Source: a virus. Taken from it: DNA of 64,000 nucleotides. The notes under the pieces are model-generated. The model was not told the origin of the DNA. It ran no database searches and saw only the letters and a list, made by a program, of their open reading frames with translations. Of the stretch, positions 21,801 to 32,900 are shown in pieces. Each line of letters starts with the position of its first letter. Within the stretch, counting starts at the first letter, position 1. A program made the translations under genes and the position numbers. Location of the stretch: IMG/VR virus record IMGVR_UViG_3300032291_001296, positions 39,354 to 103,353 of that record; one strand, given 5' to 3'.

Positions 21801-22210
21801 CCATTTGAATCTAAACCAAAAACACCATTGGAAAATTGTGAATTAGGATTGTTAGCTGGTATTGGATTTTGTTGTGCCCATTGATTGCCATAGTTTTGCA
21901 TAGCAAATGGATCACTATTTTGAAACCCACCCATATAATTTAATGAAGGATTGGAAACATTATAAGCACCAGGTGCAAAATTGTTACTAGGAGCAAAAGT
22001 ATTTTGGTATTGAGACTGTGGGTTCATTCCCCATTCTTGTACAAACCCAGGAGTAGAATAGCCAGTCTGTGCTTTACTAATTGCATGCTTTGTTTGCACA
22101 CCTTTGAATGCTTCAGGATGAGCTTTTTTAAATGCTGCTTCTGTAGGATACTTCTTGTAGAACTCCTTTTCAGATTTAACTCCTGCGATTTTTAAGATTT
22201 CTGATTTCAT
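18833..22210 (-). CDS. Putative virion cargo protein with repeated xxxGG motifs, 1125 aa
   Basis: Gly/Gln/Asn-rich. Contains HGKPHDKGGV...VEAE, a hydrophobic Gly-rich segment (GGSLGSLFGPVGSLAGTMIGG) and recurrent YANGG/LRAGG/YENGG/YAMGG/LASGG/AKNGG. Confidence 0.7.
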   Translation of the reverse strand: MKSEILKIAGVKSEKEFYKKYPTEAAFKKAHPEAFKGVQTKHAISKAQTGYSTPGFVQEWGMNPQSQYQNTFAPSNNFAPGAYNVSNPSLNYMGGFQNSDPFAMQNYGNQWAQQNPIPANNPNSQFSNGVFGLDSNGGASQNKGQGFNTQGFGNVFFGTVKGLQNLSAEKELTGKLETWANVSDKIKDAAVSDAFAEKPKNTYNRVDARRNIKNANELSYTQGRGTDVFFGQNGAKVGGNPTEIQNTYAPDYTAYTDLEDPNEVKAYANGGGFGQWWGQANSGLSGSGDTSFMGNMGQGSPFDSFIGGQFGNNAGSQIGGSLGSLFGPVGSLAGTMIGGYFDKEPGKQAFQKSRIGANNSYISRLSTGNRFASGLNAMHVGENGANLDSGWVSNDWQPQVIATFGEHKVKDLLKPPHDADMLRAGGHLREYTPPSARAMETYENGGEMSSYAMGGQLQTHWGGHLETIAQNPYLPESGEIVMIHGKPHDKGGVGISYGGNEEGDYEGQAASGAHMKAQVEAETKEPVVQLASGGSVDPKTGKPSTEAVIFGNIPFSKHVAEATGDADLIKLAKEKDGQTYKKIIASFAAPQNKAAKTKLKAAELAEKADPNNKWGKLLLNTAQAMGQGADDTQQQFANYIKKMADLQNATQEVKKEASYLRGKNISAEELGKGKIVDDYDPITKDAEIENPYVGKSGAYLRKAQNSATVTPADGSITEEQYNNFIKLYNESQATKGKKNKSTLGFQKLYHQSFPQEALAAIQKTTRENGLSNKAKEMGLTVQDILEGKDVAKILQSNEDEYHGPRTDQYMASVRSHFKNAPDLKLNTLGTATGNKGINANKSQIGVVPYKGNTALDIFGMLSQLNRNRFPFEFDPRQLAGEYMSIAQNQEEPVPVQTMRYDLDPIYRVSYQNVRDQNTADFRDAERSLGYNPAAMAGLLGKKYLANNAVNAEEFRTNQAIEDKIFGGNRNKVNQERLANIQLYADQMNKQALAKSRTKETQQAAVASIADKYLQFESTKNKYLASSNLFPKFGYDQSYGIHTQGPGYRPAIPQIYGGKSTIEEVPVYDADGKLKYYKMQEAGGTTSPLYATPGIIASGMIAAKNGGKVSKKNNKNSSIVRALKNL

Positions 22211-22211
22211 A

Positions 22212-25200
22212 TTAATTATAATTATCTAACCAGCCTCCTGGTTGTTTGGTGTTATAGTTTGTAAAATTAGTTAATTGGTTTAACTTAACCAACTGATTTC
22301 CATCTTTTGCTTTGGTGACTTTACCACCATTTTGTTTAGAAGAGTTCTCTCTTATAGCTGATCTTCTAGCCCATTCAAAATTTTTCTGATACTCTTTATT
22401 AATTCTTTCGTTTTCTTTATATCCATATACACTTAATGCAGATATTGCAGAACCACCTCCACCAAGAACCAATGCAGTTTTCATTTTATCTTGAAGTTGT
22501 CTTAGATGATATTTTCTATCAATTAGCTCTAGTCTCATTTGAGTCATATCATCTACTTCTTTATCTAATTTTGCTTTAAACTCATCAAGTCTATTTATTT
22601 CATCTTTATATTTTTTATTATAAGCTTTTTCTGATAAAGCATCTATATCTTCAATTATTTTTTTTCTTTGCATTGATATTTCAGAAAGACGTTTAGTGGC
22701 TCTATCTATACCACCTTCTACATATCCTTTAATAGCTCTGAATTGTTTTGGTAAAAGTTCTAGATCAGAATTAATTTTTTTACTATTTAATACTTGTTCA
22801 GCTGCATCAGATCTTTGTTTAAAAGATTTTATTACATTTCTTGAATTTGATATTTTATATTGCATAGCATCTATTGCTTCATCAAAATCTCTAAGTGTTG
22901 ATGCATAAGTAGAATTACCATATCTACTAAATCTAGCATCTTTTTTTGCTACAGTTCTACCAGTCTCTTTTGCAAATTTATATAATGCTTCTTTACCTTC
23001 TTCACTATATGGAAGATTTTCAATTAACTGTGATGTATTTTCACTTGTGTTAGCTGCATCTTTAAGATGATCATCCATTTTTACATCGGATAGAATATCA
23101 CTTAATATTTTTCTTTCTTCTTCGGTGAAAAGCTTTTCTCCAGATACATTATGTTCAATAGAATTAATATATGACATTGGATCTGATATATCTAAATTCA
23201 TTCCAAGTTGCTTCATTGAAACAATATTATTATCTCCATGAAATGGATGTCCTAACATTACATGGTTTTGTCCTATACCATTGATAGCTCCACCACCAGC
23301 ACCAGGATGATATTCTTTAATTGCTGCTTCTATTTTATCAATTTTTCCTTTATCTACTTGTCTAGTTAATATAGAATTATTGATGTAGTAATCATTAATA
23401 GCAAGTTGCATTCTTTCTGGATCAGCTGCTACTAATGCTTTATTACCAATGAAATTAATTTTATCTAATATCTCTTTATTTGTTTCAACATTAGATAACT
23501 GTTCTAATGGAAACTGATGTCCAATAGATCCTTTACTTCCTACTAAAGATTTAACAAACTGTTCTTGTCCTTGAGAAACAACACTTGGTTTACCATAGTT
23601 AATTAATGCATCTATCTTATTTATATGGTGATCTTTAGTAGATTCATATGCATCAACAACTGACTTAGTAGTAGGGTTAGTCATGTCAACTAATTCTTGA
23701 GATGAATAAGGAATCTTTAATTCAGATTTACTCTTTATTGATTTTCTAACTGCTGCATAATATTCATCTGGAGCAACTTGTTTAAATAATTCTTCAGCTC
23801 TTTCTCCTATAGCTTTACCACCTTTTTCTTGAATAACATTTATATCAATTGGTGCAACTCCTTCAGCTGCTCCAGGAATGTTATGAAGATCTGCAAGTCC
23901 TTTGTTTCCTACTGGAGGATTAGCTTTAGCAAATTTATCATATTGAGATTGACTCATAATCACATCATAGTCACCAATTATATGAGGAACATTTGTTTCA
24001 GCAACATTCTTAGCACTACCAAATACTTTAGCTCCAGGGATTTGAGTTTCTATAAAATCAATATTCTTTTTAACAGTAGAAACATATTCAGGAGTAGCTT
24101 CAGGTAACACTGCGTTATCTACAGTTTTTACAACTTTATCTCCTTCTACTGTATGTATAATATTTTCATTAGGAACAGATGTAGATATAGGAAACTTTTC
24201 TCCTGTTGCTAAATCCGTAATGTCTGTACTACCTGTTCTTAATCCTAGAGATGTATCTTTTCCACTTTGAACAAGACCTTCACCATTCACTCTAAACTGA
24301 CCTGCAACATCTATTCTTTTTTGAAGTTTATTTATTCTATCATTCAATTGATTAAGTTCATCAATTGATGCTTTTGTTTTTAATTTATTAGCTTTTGCTT
24401 CTATGGCCCATTTTTTCTGACGAAGTTTTCCAACTTCTTCACTATACTTTGCATATTCTGGACCTGTATATAAAGCCCTCTCAGCAACTTCAACAGCATC
24501 TATTTTAGGCTGTATACTTTTTATCTCACCTGATATTACAGCACCCATATCATTAACTAAAGTTTTACCTTTAGTTAAAATAGGAGCAGTAACTTCACTA
24601 GCTTTAGCTAAAGCTTGACTACCTTTATTTGCAACATATCCAAGTCCTTCTCCTACACCTTTTGAAATAGGTCCTGCAGCAGGTAGTATTTCTAATGCAT
24701 CCATTCCTACTGATTCAGCTCCTTCCCAAGTTGGTCTATTTGCCCAGTTTGCTACATCAGGTCCAATATTCATTAAACCATGTGTAGCAAATCCTGCATT
24801 GATTGCATTACCTAAATTTAATCCAGCAATAGTATTTCCTCCTATCACTGCATCAGCTGCAAGAGAATTACCTATCATTGTTGCATATGGTGCAGCAGCA
24901 GATATTCCAGCAGGAATTAATGGTGCAGCTGCATATCCAAGTGTACCTAAATAAGCAGCATCATATGGATTTGCTGATTTAGGATTGTTGATTACACTTT
25001 GTAATAAGTTATCTCTCACCTCACCTTTTTGATATAAGTCTGTTAAAGCAGTAAAAGGAGTAAGTGCAGATTGACCAAGTTTACTTAATGTTGAATCAGG
25101 AGTGTATTGGCTAATTGCTCCATGCTGTTGATTATACTGATCATACAATATACGTTCTTGTTCTTCTTTAGGAAGAGCATTGAATTTCTTTTGTGCTTCA

Positions 25201-27497
25201 GCTTCAGCTTTTGCTTTTTCAGCAGCCACCTTGTTTGAATATTTTACATCTTTAACTATTGCCTCATCTCCTTTAGCTGCCATTTTACTAGCATTAGGAA
25301 TAACATCATTTACAATAGTATTAGGAGTTTCACGTATGTTAACTTTTTTACTTCTAGCTTCAGTATCATTTTTCAACTTATCTAAAAATGCTATATGTTC
25401 AGGAGAAATATTAATTTTAGGATTTTCTTGTTGTTGATTTTTAAAATTATCAATAAAGTTACCTCTACTTCTATTTTTATTTCCTGGACTCCATGGATAA
25501 GTAGTTTCATCTGTAGTGGTTTGCATACCATTAGCAGCTACAGGATATTCTGTAAACTTAGTTGCTCCTGGGAATACATGTGTTCCTGTATTAGGATAAA
25601 CCATTCTTGGATGTCCTTTATCTGGAACTACATATAATGGTATATCACCATATCCATGAGTAGCCATTGTGTTTCCTGATATTTCTGTATCTTGCCATGG
25701 ATAAGCCCATTGTCCTCTATCATCTTTGATAGGTCCTCCATCTTTATTCAATGGGATATCACCAATATTTGGTTTCCAGTTTTGATTTTTATACATTTTG
25801 TTGAAGCTATTACTAGCATCTTGTCCCATGTCTCTCAACATAGCTTCTCTATCAAATCTATTTCCAGGAAGAGTAAATTTAGGATCCCCCATATAATCAT
25901 CTACATCTGAGATGTATCCTTCAGCATTTGGTCTAGTTCCTTTATATTCTTGTACACCATACCATTGTTCAGGTTGTTTTTCTCCAAATTTTTGTAACTC
26001 TTCTTTACCTAAACCTTCTTTACCTGCATAATAAACAAGTTCATCTTTACTGTTATTGAAGAACTCAGGATTAGTTTTTATTCCAGCTTCTTGTGAAATC
26101 AAATACTTATCCCATTCTTGTTTAGCACTTTCTGCTTTTTTTGCAGAATTAGCAATTTCTTCATCACTGTATTTCCAACGTTCACCGTAGTCTTCTATAT
26201 CTTTCATCAAGTTTTGATGACGTTTTGATTCTAATTTTGCAAGATCTTTATAGATATTATTTTCATCTATAACTTTAATATAATCTTTTGTTGCTTTATT
26301 AAAATCAGACATTGGAAGATCAGCATCAGTAACTAATTTATAATTAGGTCCTTGGAACTTTGGTTTTCTTTTAAAGAAATTAAAAAATCCTTGCTCATGC
26401 AATCCTTGTCTTAATTCAGGAGCTACACTTGTTTTTATACTTCTTAGTTCTGGACCAAACTCTGCTACTGCTGGTAACATACTTAATGCATCTAATCCAG
26501 CACCTACATAATTACCTTCATATAAATCAGGACCCATTTTTGTTGCACCTTGCATTGCACCTATTATTGCACCTTCAGGAGTAAATAATCCTGGAGACAT
26601 TAATGGAGATCTATAAGCTTCTTGCATACTATTCTGTACCCAATCTTTAGCAGCTTGTTCTTCTGATTGTTTTTGAGCTAATTCATTTTGTTGTTTACCA
26701 GATAGTTTTTTAATTTCTTTAAGTGTAGAAGTTTTTGTATTATCTTTTTCTACAGTTTTAACTTCTTTACCTTTACCTTTAGATTGAATCTTACGATTCA
26801 TTGTATCATTAATAAGACTTCTTACAGAAGGAAGATTTTCACCTTGTTGACTAATAGTCTTAGGTCTCCAATCTAATCCATTCTGATAGTATCTCATCTC
26901 TTCACCATTCTGTGCACTAGCTTTTGTTTTCTTTCCACCAGGTCCATTATAAGGAGCAGGATTAATTGTACGTGCATATGTAAACCCTGGAGTTCCTGGA
27001 ATAGAACCACCCATTCGCATTGCATCAGGATTATCATCAACACCTACTACTTCCCAATTATCATTAAAGACAATTAAACTACCATGTTTAGTTTTTACCT
27101 TCTTTGCTCCAATTTTTTTAGCTTGAGCAGTTATAGTTTTCCAATCAGGAACCCAGCGACCTTCTTTATTATAGTTTCCAGCATCATCTATTACTGGAGT
27201 AGAAGAATTTACTTTACCACCTCCTTGAAATCTTCCACCCCATGCAGGAGAATAATCTCTACCTTTAGTGTTATATCCTTCTCCTACATATCCTTCTGGT
27301 AAAGATACAGAAGTATCATTATAGTTCTCTTGGTATTCTTGCATTGTTCCACCATCAGCGTATTGATCTAACCAACCACCATTCTTCATATTAACATCAC
27401 TCTTTCCACAATTGTGGCATACGTGCATATCTTTTTGACTAGAATCAGATTTGTTCCAACTCCATCCACAACTTGGACATGTTACTTTTCCTTTCAT
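22212..27497 (-). CDS. Modular virion protein, 1761 aa: N-terminal Zn ribbon, xxGG-punctuated scaffold, putative Pol-beta-superfamily nucleotidyltransferase domain
   Basis: CPSC...CHNC at the N-terminus. GGWLDQY near the start and GGWLDNY at the end. VFGS-x14-DYD plus a downstream PIDINV (about 24030-23840). Confidence 0.7.
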   Translation of the reverse strand: MKGKVTCPSCGWSWNKSDSSQKDMHVCHNCGKSDVNMKNGGWLDQYADGGTMQEYQENYNDTSVSLPEGYVGEGYNTKGRDYSPAWGGRFQGGGKVNSSTPVIDDAGNYNKEGRWVPDWKTITAQAKKIGAKKVKTKHGSLIVFNDNWEVVGVDDNPDAMRMGGSIPGTPGFTYARTINPAPYNGPGGKKTKASAQNGEEMRYYQNGLDWRPKTISQQGENLPSVRSLINDTMNRKIQSKGKGKEVKTVEKDNTKTSTLKEIKKLSGKQQNELAQKQSEEQAAKDWVQNSMQEAYRSPLMSPGLFTPEGAIIGAMQGATKMGPDLYEGNYVGAGLDALSMLPAVAEFGPELRSIKTSVAPELRQGLHEQGFFNFFKRKPKFQGPNYKLVTDADLPMSDFNKATKDYIKVIDENNIYKDLAKLESKRHQNLMKDIEDYGERWKYSDEEIANSAKKAESAKQEWDKYLISQEAGIKTNPEFFNNSKDELVYYAGKEGLGKEELQKFGEKQPEQWYGVQEYKGTRPNAEGYISDVDDYMGDPKFTLPGNRFDREAMLRDMGQDASNSFNKMYKNQNWKPNIGDIPLNKDGGPIKDDRGQWAYPWQDTEISGNTMATHGYGDIPLYVVPDKGHPRMVYPNTGTHVFPGATKFTEYPVAANGMQTTTDETTYPWSPGNKNRSRGNFIDNFKNQQQENPKINISPEHIAFLDKLKNDTEARSKKVNIRETPNTIVNDVIPNASKMAAKGDEAIVKDVKYSNKVAAEKAKAEAEAQKKFNALPKEEQERILYDQYNQQHGAISQYTPDSTLSKLGQSALTPFTALTDLYQKGEVRDNLLQSVINNPKSANPYDAAYLGTLGYAAAPLIPAGISAAAPYATMIGNSLAADAVIGGNTIAGLNLGNAINAGFATHGLMNIGPDVANWANRPTWEGAESVGMDALEILPAAGPISKGVGEGLGYVANKGSQALAKASEVTAPILTKGKTLVNDMGAVISGEIKSIQPKIDAVEVAERALYTGPEYAKYSEEVGKLRQKKWAIEAKANKLKTKASIDELNQLNDRINKLQKRIDVAGQFRVNGEGLVQSGKDTSLGLRTGSTDITDLATGEKFPISTSVPNENIIHTVEGDKVVKTVDNAVLPEATPEYVSTVKKNIDFIETQIPGAKVFGSAKNVAETNVPHIIGDYDVIMSQSQYDKFAKANPPVGNKGLADLHNIPGAAEGVAPIDINVIQEKGGKAIGERAEELFKQVAPDEYYAAVRKSIKSKSELKIPYSSQELVDMTNPTTKSVVDAYESTKDHHINKIDALINYGKPSVVSQGQEQFVKSLVGSKGSIGHQFPLEQLSNVETNKEILDKINFIGNKALVAADPERMQLAINDYYINNSILTRQVDKGKIDKIEAAIKEYHPGAGGGAINGIGQNHVMLGHPFHGDNNIVSMKQLGMNLDISDPMSYINSIEHNVSGEKLFTEEERKILSDILSDVKMDDHLKDAANTSENTSQLIENLPYSEEGKEALYKFAKETGRTVAKKDARFSRYGNSTYASTLRDFDEAIDAMQYKISNSRNVIKSFKQRSDAAEQVLNSKKINSDLELLPKQFRAIKGYVEGGIDRATKRLSEISMQRKKIIEDIDALSEKAYNKKYKDEINRLDEFKAKLDKEVDDMTQMRLELIDRKYHLRQLQDKMKTALVLGGGGSAISALSVYGYKENERINKEYQKNFEWARRSAIRENSSKQNGGKVTKAKDGNQLVKLNQLTNFTNYNTKQPGGWLDNYN

Positions 27498-28363
27498 TAT
27501 TTGTAAGAGATTTGTGCAGGAGCCACTAAGAATTGACTCACTAAATGCGTTGTACTACTATTATCAAGAATGTGTCTTATCTTTAATTCTTTTGCTCTTA
27601 GCGTTGCTTTCTTAAAGCTTCTAGGACCATAGTCCATATTAGCTTGATTGATCACTTTATCTATTGAAAGACTCTCGCATGATGTATTGAATAATGGAAC
27701 TTGAGAGCTTATCTCTGCAGCCCAGAATGTATTATACTGATAGAAGTTATCACTCTTAGTATAAGTGATAGTTTTACTTTCGGTGTTAAAGATAGGATAT
27801 TTATTGTAAGCTTGCAAATTATGTAATGGTTTTGCTACAAGTTCTAATACACCAGAACTCTGTTGTCCATTATATAGAATAGCTTTATTAAACCATTTAT
27901 CGTTTGTTTCTATTCTAGCATTATCATTAAATACACCATCAGGTATAGGAAGATATTCATATGCTTTAGTATAGTCTTGTACATTCTGAAGAATTTCATC
28001 TTGATACTTATACGCAAATGGATATTCAATAATGTATGGCTCTATTGTTCCATAGAATATATTATATATCTGTGTATTAGTTAGATGTCTCCATAGACAT
28101 CCTGTAACAGACTGTGTGTATTTTATACTTGCATATTCTGTAATATTGAAATCTTTTAGTTTTATTGTAAATGAATTATTACACTTACCTGTAGATTTTA
28201 ATATCACTGCATATAAACTATCATCAACAGTATAACTCACTCCTTGAATTAATGCTTTCTTAGGAACATTCTCAGCTATAATGTTTCCATAGATATCCGT
28301 AATGGTAAATGGTCCAACATTTGGTCCAGTCTGTACTAATTTTATGGTTATAACTTTTGTCAT
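27497..28363 (-). CDS. C-terminal part of tail stabilization (muzzle) protein with an added N-terminal small beta-module
   Basis: LWRH..YNxFYG..PYIIEY..FNKAILYNGQQSSG resembles the C-terminus of crAss-like stabilization proteins. The first ~65 aa align by eye with the 103-aa ORF at 38062-38373. Confidence 0.65.
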   Translation of the reverse strand: MTKVITIKLVQTGPNVGPFTITDIYGNIIAENVPKKALIQGVSYTVDDSLYAVILKSTGKCNNSFTIKLKDFNITEYASIKYTQSVTGCLWRHLTNTQIYNIFYGTIEPYIIEYPFAYKYQDEILQNVQDYTKAYEYLPIPDGVFNDNARIETNDKWFNKAILYNGQQSSGVLELVAKPLHNLQAYNKYPIFNTESKTITYTKSDNFYQYNTFWAAEISSQVPLFNTSCESLSIDKVINQANMDYGPRSFKKATLRAKELKIRHILDNSSTTHLVSQFLVAPAQISYK

Positions 28364-28364
28364 A

Positions 28365-29927
28365 TTAAGGAGTGGTTGTAGTAGTGGTTGTAGTAGAAGA
28401 ACTTGATGTACTAGTAGTAGTTGTAGTTCCAGTAATTGAACTAACTACGCAACTACCTACTTGAGTTGCAGAACTTATAGGTAATATATCAATATTTATT
28501 CCTAAATCAAGTAATACATACGGATAAATTTTAATAACTGTATATAGATTTCCAAGTTCATCAGTTACGTATATTTCACAATTACATTCATATAATGATC
28601 TAGCTGCTACAGTTCCAATATTAAGATCAATCTCTATTGTTCCTGTTGCATACTCATATTGTGTTATATAATAATCTGATGTAATTCCATCTTGAGTAAC
28701 TACAATAAGTTTACCATCTGTTGTATATAACATGTTAGTTGTAGAAATTCTATCAGCTTGTAAACTAAATACAGTTGTATCAACTGCTGTTCCTCCTGTT
28801 ACATCTAATTCATTTACAGTGTTTGGAGATACAGAAGTGTCTGTTGAAATTAATATACCATCATTCTTAGCAACTATTCCATATCCTGGAGTGTATCCTA
28901 CAGGTAAAGCAATTGTTCCACTAGATGTTGCACTAAATGGAGATAGATCTATAGTCCATTTTTTTATGTTAGTATCAATACTCCATAAGTAGTTAGCAGT
29001 CATTGCTATTCCTAATGATGAAACATATCCTGGTACATTTAGTTCGTTGGATTGAGGTATAAATAATGGATTAGAATAGTATATACTATCATCTGATGAG
29101 AATAAAATTCCACAACATTTAGGTACATCTGGTACTAATGTAGTGGTAGTGGTAGTTGTTCCACAATCACAATTTATTATATTTACAATTACTCCTCCTG
29201 AAATTTCATAAACATAAGTTAATAATGGAGAATATGCAAAATAGAAACCATCAGGAACAAATGTACAATCTGTTCCATCACCATAATAAACTATATTACC
29301 AATTTGTAATTCATCAATTGTAATATTATTAGCATAACCATTAAATATAGTTAATGTACTATCATCTTCATTACTTGGACTATTTATATAAGTTATAACA
29401 GGAATTGCATCACATGCTTCTTGTTCACTACCAGAAAATATTACTTCTGGATCTGTTCCTAATGTATATCCTTCTACAAATACAAATGGTGTTAATAAAC
29501 TAGAAGGTCTTTGACATATTGTTGTTGTTGTAGTAGCAGGAACTGTAATTACTGCTGTACCATCTAAACTACAATCTGTTATAATAATTGTTCCATCTAT
29601 ACCACAACCTAATGTTGTTGTACTTGTAGTTGTTCTAGGAGAAGGATAAAATGTTGTTGTAGAAGTAGTTGTAGGAGGTGTTTTATCCATCACTCCAGCA
29701 ATAGCTTGAAATCCACCAGCTTGAGTATCATCACAACATCCATTAAGTCCTGAATAAAAGAAATTATTTTCTCCTATATAGAAATTAGGTAGATAACTAT
29801 GATAACTTATCCATTTTCTAGTATTTAAATTATATGACATAGTCCAACTCTTATTACAGAAATAATCTGGATCATTGAGATAAACCTGAGTACGTATAAC
29901 TGTTTTTATTTTATTATCTTCAGCCAT
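28365..29927 (-). CDS. Middle part of tail stabilization protein fused to Thr-linked Cys-rich modules and a propeller-like domain
   Basis: Begins RTQVYLNDPDYFCNKSWTMSYNLNTRKWISYHSYLPNFY, a muzzle-like blade. Several poly-Thr tracts follow, and it ends TTTTTTTTP. Confidence 0.65.
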   Translation of the reverse strand: MAEDNKIKTVIRTQVYLNDPDYFCNKSWTMSYNLNTRKWISYHSYLPNFYIGENNFFYSGLNGCCDDTQAGGFQAIAGVMDKTPPTTTSTTTFYPSPRTTTSTTTLGCGIDGTIIITDCSLDGTAVITVPATTTTTICQRPSSLLTPFVFVEGYTLGTDPEVIFSGSEQEACDAIPVITYINSPSNEDDSTLTIFNGYANNITIDELQIGNIVYYGDGTDCTFVPDGFYFAYSPLLTYVYEISGGVIVNIINCDCGTTTTTTTLVPDVPKCCGILFSSDDSIYYSNPLFIPQSNELNVPGYVSSLGIAMTANYLWSIDTNIKKWTIDLSPFSATSSGTIALPVGYTPGYGIVAKNDGILISTDTSVSPNTVNELDVTGGTAVDTTVFSLQADRISTTNMLYTTDGKLIVVTQDGITSDYYITQYEYATGTIEIDLNIGTVAARSLYECNCEIYVTDELGNLYTVIKIYPYVLLDLGINIDILPISSATQVGSCVVSSITGTTTTTSTSSSSTTTTTTTTP

Positions 29928-29938
29928 TGTATTAATCT

Positions 29939-32900
29939 TTATGAAGTAGTGGTAGTTGTTGTTGTAGGAGCAATCATTTCATAAACTGTCTCAACATAGA
30001 ACTCTTTTGTTATAGGATCATATTTAACATCTTTGTCAATAGGAATATAATCTAGTTTAGTAATAATAACTCTTTCGAATTTACTATCATATACTCCATG
30101 TAATCCAATACCATTAAAGTTATTATCTGTATCAACTTCTGGAAAATATCTTAATATTTCAAACGATAAGTGGTCTGTCATAAATCTATTTACACCAGAT
30201 CCAAATCCACCTATCTCTGCCACTTTAGTTCCTTCAATTAAGAATATCTGTCCTCTCTTAGCATCTATTGTTACTTGTCCTTGTGGAATCTTTAATAACA
30301 TCTTATTCTGACTTCCTACATATCCAAGATCTGTTTCAGCAAAATCAATTGGTGTAGTAGAGAATAATGCAGGAGCACCAAGAAAAGCAGCTTGTGGATT
30401 ACTAGTATCCATTGTCAATAAGTTATTGTACATCAATGTCTTATTTTCAAATCTAGCAAGTATAGCTTTGTTCTGAATACCATCTAATGATACAAGCTTT
30501 CCATAATTTTGAGGAAAATCGTATAGAGATAGTGGAGCATAGCTTAACCAGTTATTTACTCTTACATCAGCATTATTTGATTGTGGATCAGAATACACCA
30601 CCCTAAATGGATAGTGTGTAAAACATAATTGATCATTCCAATCTGCTGGTAAATGCGAGAATGAATTTTCTGTATTCTGTCTAGAAAATGTTACATTATA
30701 ATAATATGTATTATCATAAGATATTGATGTAAACTCTTGCTGTAACCAATCATCAGGAATACCTGTAGATACGTGTGGCCAGAAGTTTCCTTCTCTATCA
30801 TTAAATGCTTGTCTAAGATCTACATTATAATTAGACTCACAATAGAAACTAGGAATACCATATGCAAATAGATAAAACTTACCATCATAGAAAGTTCTTA
30901 ATGTTCCAGCTATAGGATCTACTTGAGCTGGTATTTTTGCAGGATCATTATAACAATCAAAACTATGTGCTTTAATTGATATAATATTTATCATATTATG
31001 ATAACTATTCAAAATAGATCTAGCAGAGTGCCAGAATTTTGGATAACCAACATTACCTATCTCATCATAGAATATATCACTATCATCAGGAGCATTCACT
31101 CTATTATCTAAAAAGAATGGAAGTTTTGTTTTGTATGCAAACTTATTTATAAATGTATCACCACCAAATGCAACATCGTTAGTATAAGAACTTACATTAA
31201 ACATTCTTTGGAATCCTGTATCAATTGTCTCATAAGAATATATTTGTCCCCATTGACCAGGGAATATATTTTTTAATGATGCATAATAAGATACCACTTT
31301 AATATCTCTTTCTTTCTCTGGAGTATTACAATAATTTAATTTAGTATCTGGTGTAATATTAGTATCACATGTACCAGCTCCTCCAATAATAAATCTTGAA
31401 TATTCAGAAATTAAAGAATCACCATTACTATCTAAAAGACTTTCTGTTTTATTAGGAAATGGAAGAGGTTCTACTGTAAGAGTATTTCTTTTATCTATTG
31501 TTTTTGTATATACAGATGATTCTCTTTGATAATTATTTATATTTTTATCATCTCCAATGTTTTGAACACCAGGAATTAAATATGCTTTTAAATCAAGTGC
31601 TCTTTGTTTAATACCAGTTAGATTTCCTATTGTAACATTATTACCAATTGGTGCAGAATAATTATAACTAGCTACAGAGTTATATGAGTATGCATAATTT
31701 TTTCTTGTAATACCATTAATATAAATAGTTAAGTATGCTTGGTATGCTGTAAATACAGCTGTTATATCTGAACCTCCAATATTAAATGAAGCATCTAATG
31801 CATCTTGTTGAGCTTCTCTAGAAAGAAGTCTGTATTTAGCATTTCCTTTAACAGGAACAAAATGAGCTTTTCCTCCACCAAACATTACATTTTCTAACTT
31901 AAGAATATCTCCTAAGAAAGGTTGTGAGAATGATGTATCAGGAGAATTAAATACTTGTCTATACGCAGATTCAGGTTTATCAATAGCTGGTAATGGTATA
32001 TTTCCACCACAAATATTTGCTATCTTAGATCTTCTACTCCATGCATTACATGGAGGAGAAAGACCAACATTAACAAATTTTGGAGGAAGTTCTCCAAGAG
32101 CTTGTGGACCAGTCCACACAGGTGCTATAGAACAGTCACTTTGTGCACTTCCAGCATAATCACCAGTTGAGTCATTTAAATAATATGGCCATGTTCCAAT
32201 AGTAAGTTTTTGAACTACAATACCACCACAAGCATCACTTTGAGGAGAATTACATAAACTACATGTTCCATATGGAGAATAAGGAACTCTTCCAAATTTT
32301 AATGTTGTTAATGAAGCATTATCGCATGACCATTCTGTATCAGCCCACATTTTAAAAATATCTATTGGTGCATTTCTATTATATAATATAGTATTGTATT
32401 CACCAGGACCTATACATGCTTTACCAGTTAAATACTTTGGTCTTGTTAAAGAACAAAACTCATAGTTTTGACCAGCAACCATAGGAACACAACTAACCAC
32501 CTTTCCTGTTATAGCATCTGTATATTCATATGTACCTGTTTCTTTACATTGTACTATCCAAACTCTAGATTGACCTAATACAGTGTATGAATTAGAACTT
32601 GTATTTATAAAAGGATCTTCATTAAGATCATTGTATGGATAGTTTGGATAATAAAGAGTTTGATCTTCTCTTGTATATGTTCCTACATTACGTAACATCC
32701 CTTTACCTACAATAGATTTATTTGTATTTCTATTACCTCTTACAATTTTAAATCCAGCTATATTATCTTTCTGCTCTTGTGTTAGAGAAGAAGTTTGTAT
32801 TAGAGATTGTACCTGAGCTATATTCACTTTAACACCAATTGGATATACAGCATTACTTTGAATATCAGGATCAGGTTCAAATCCTGGAGTGAGTGCATAC

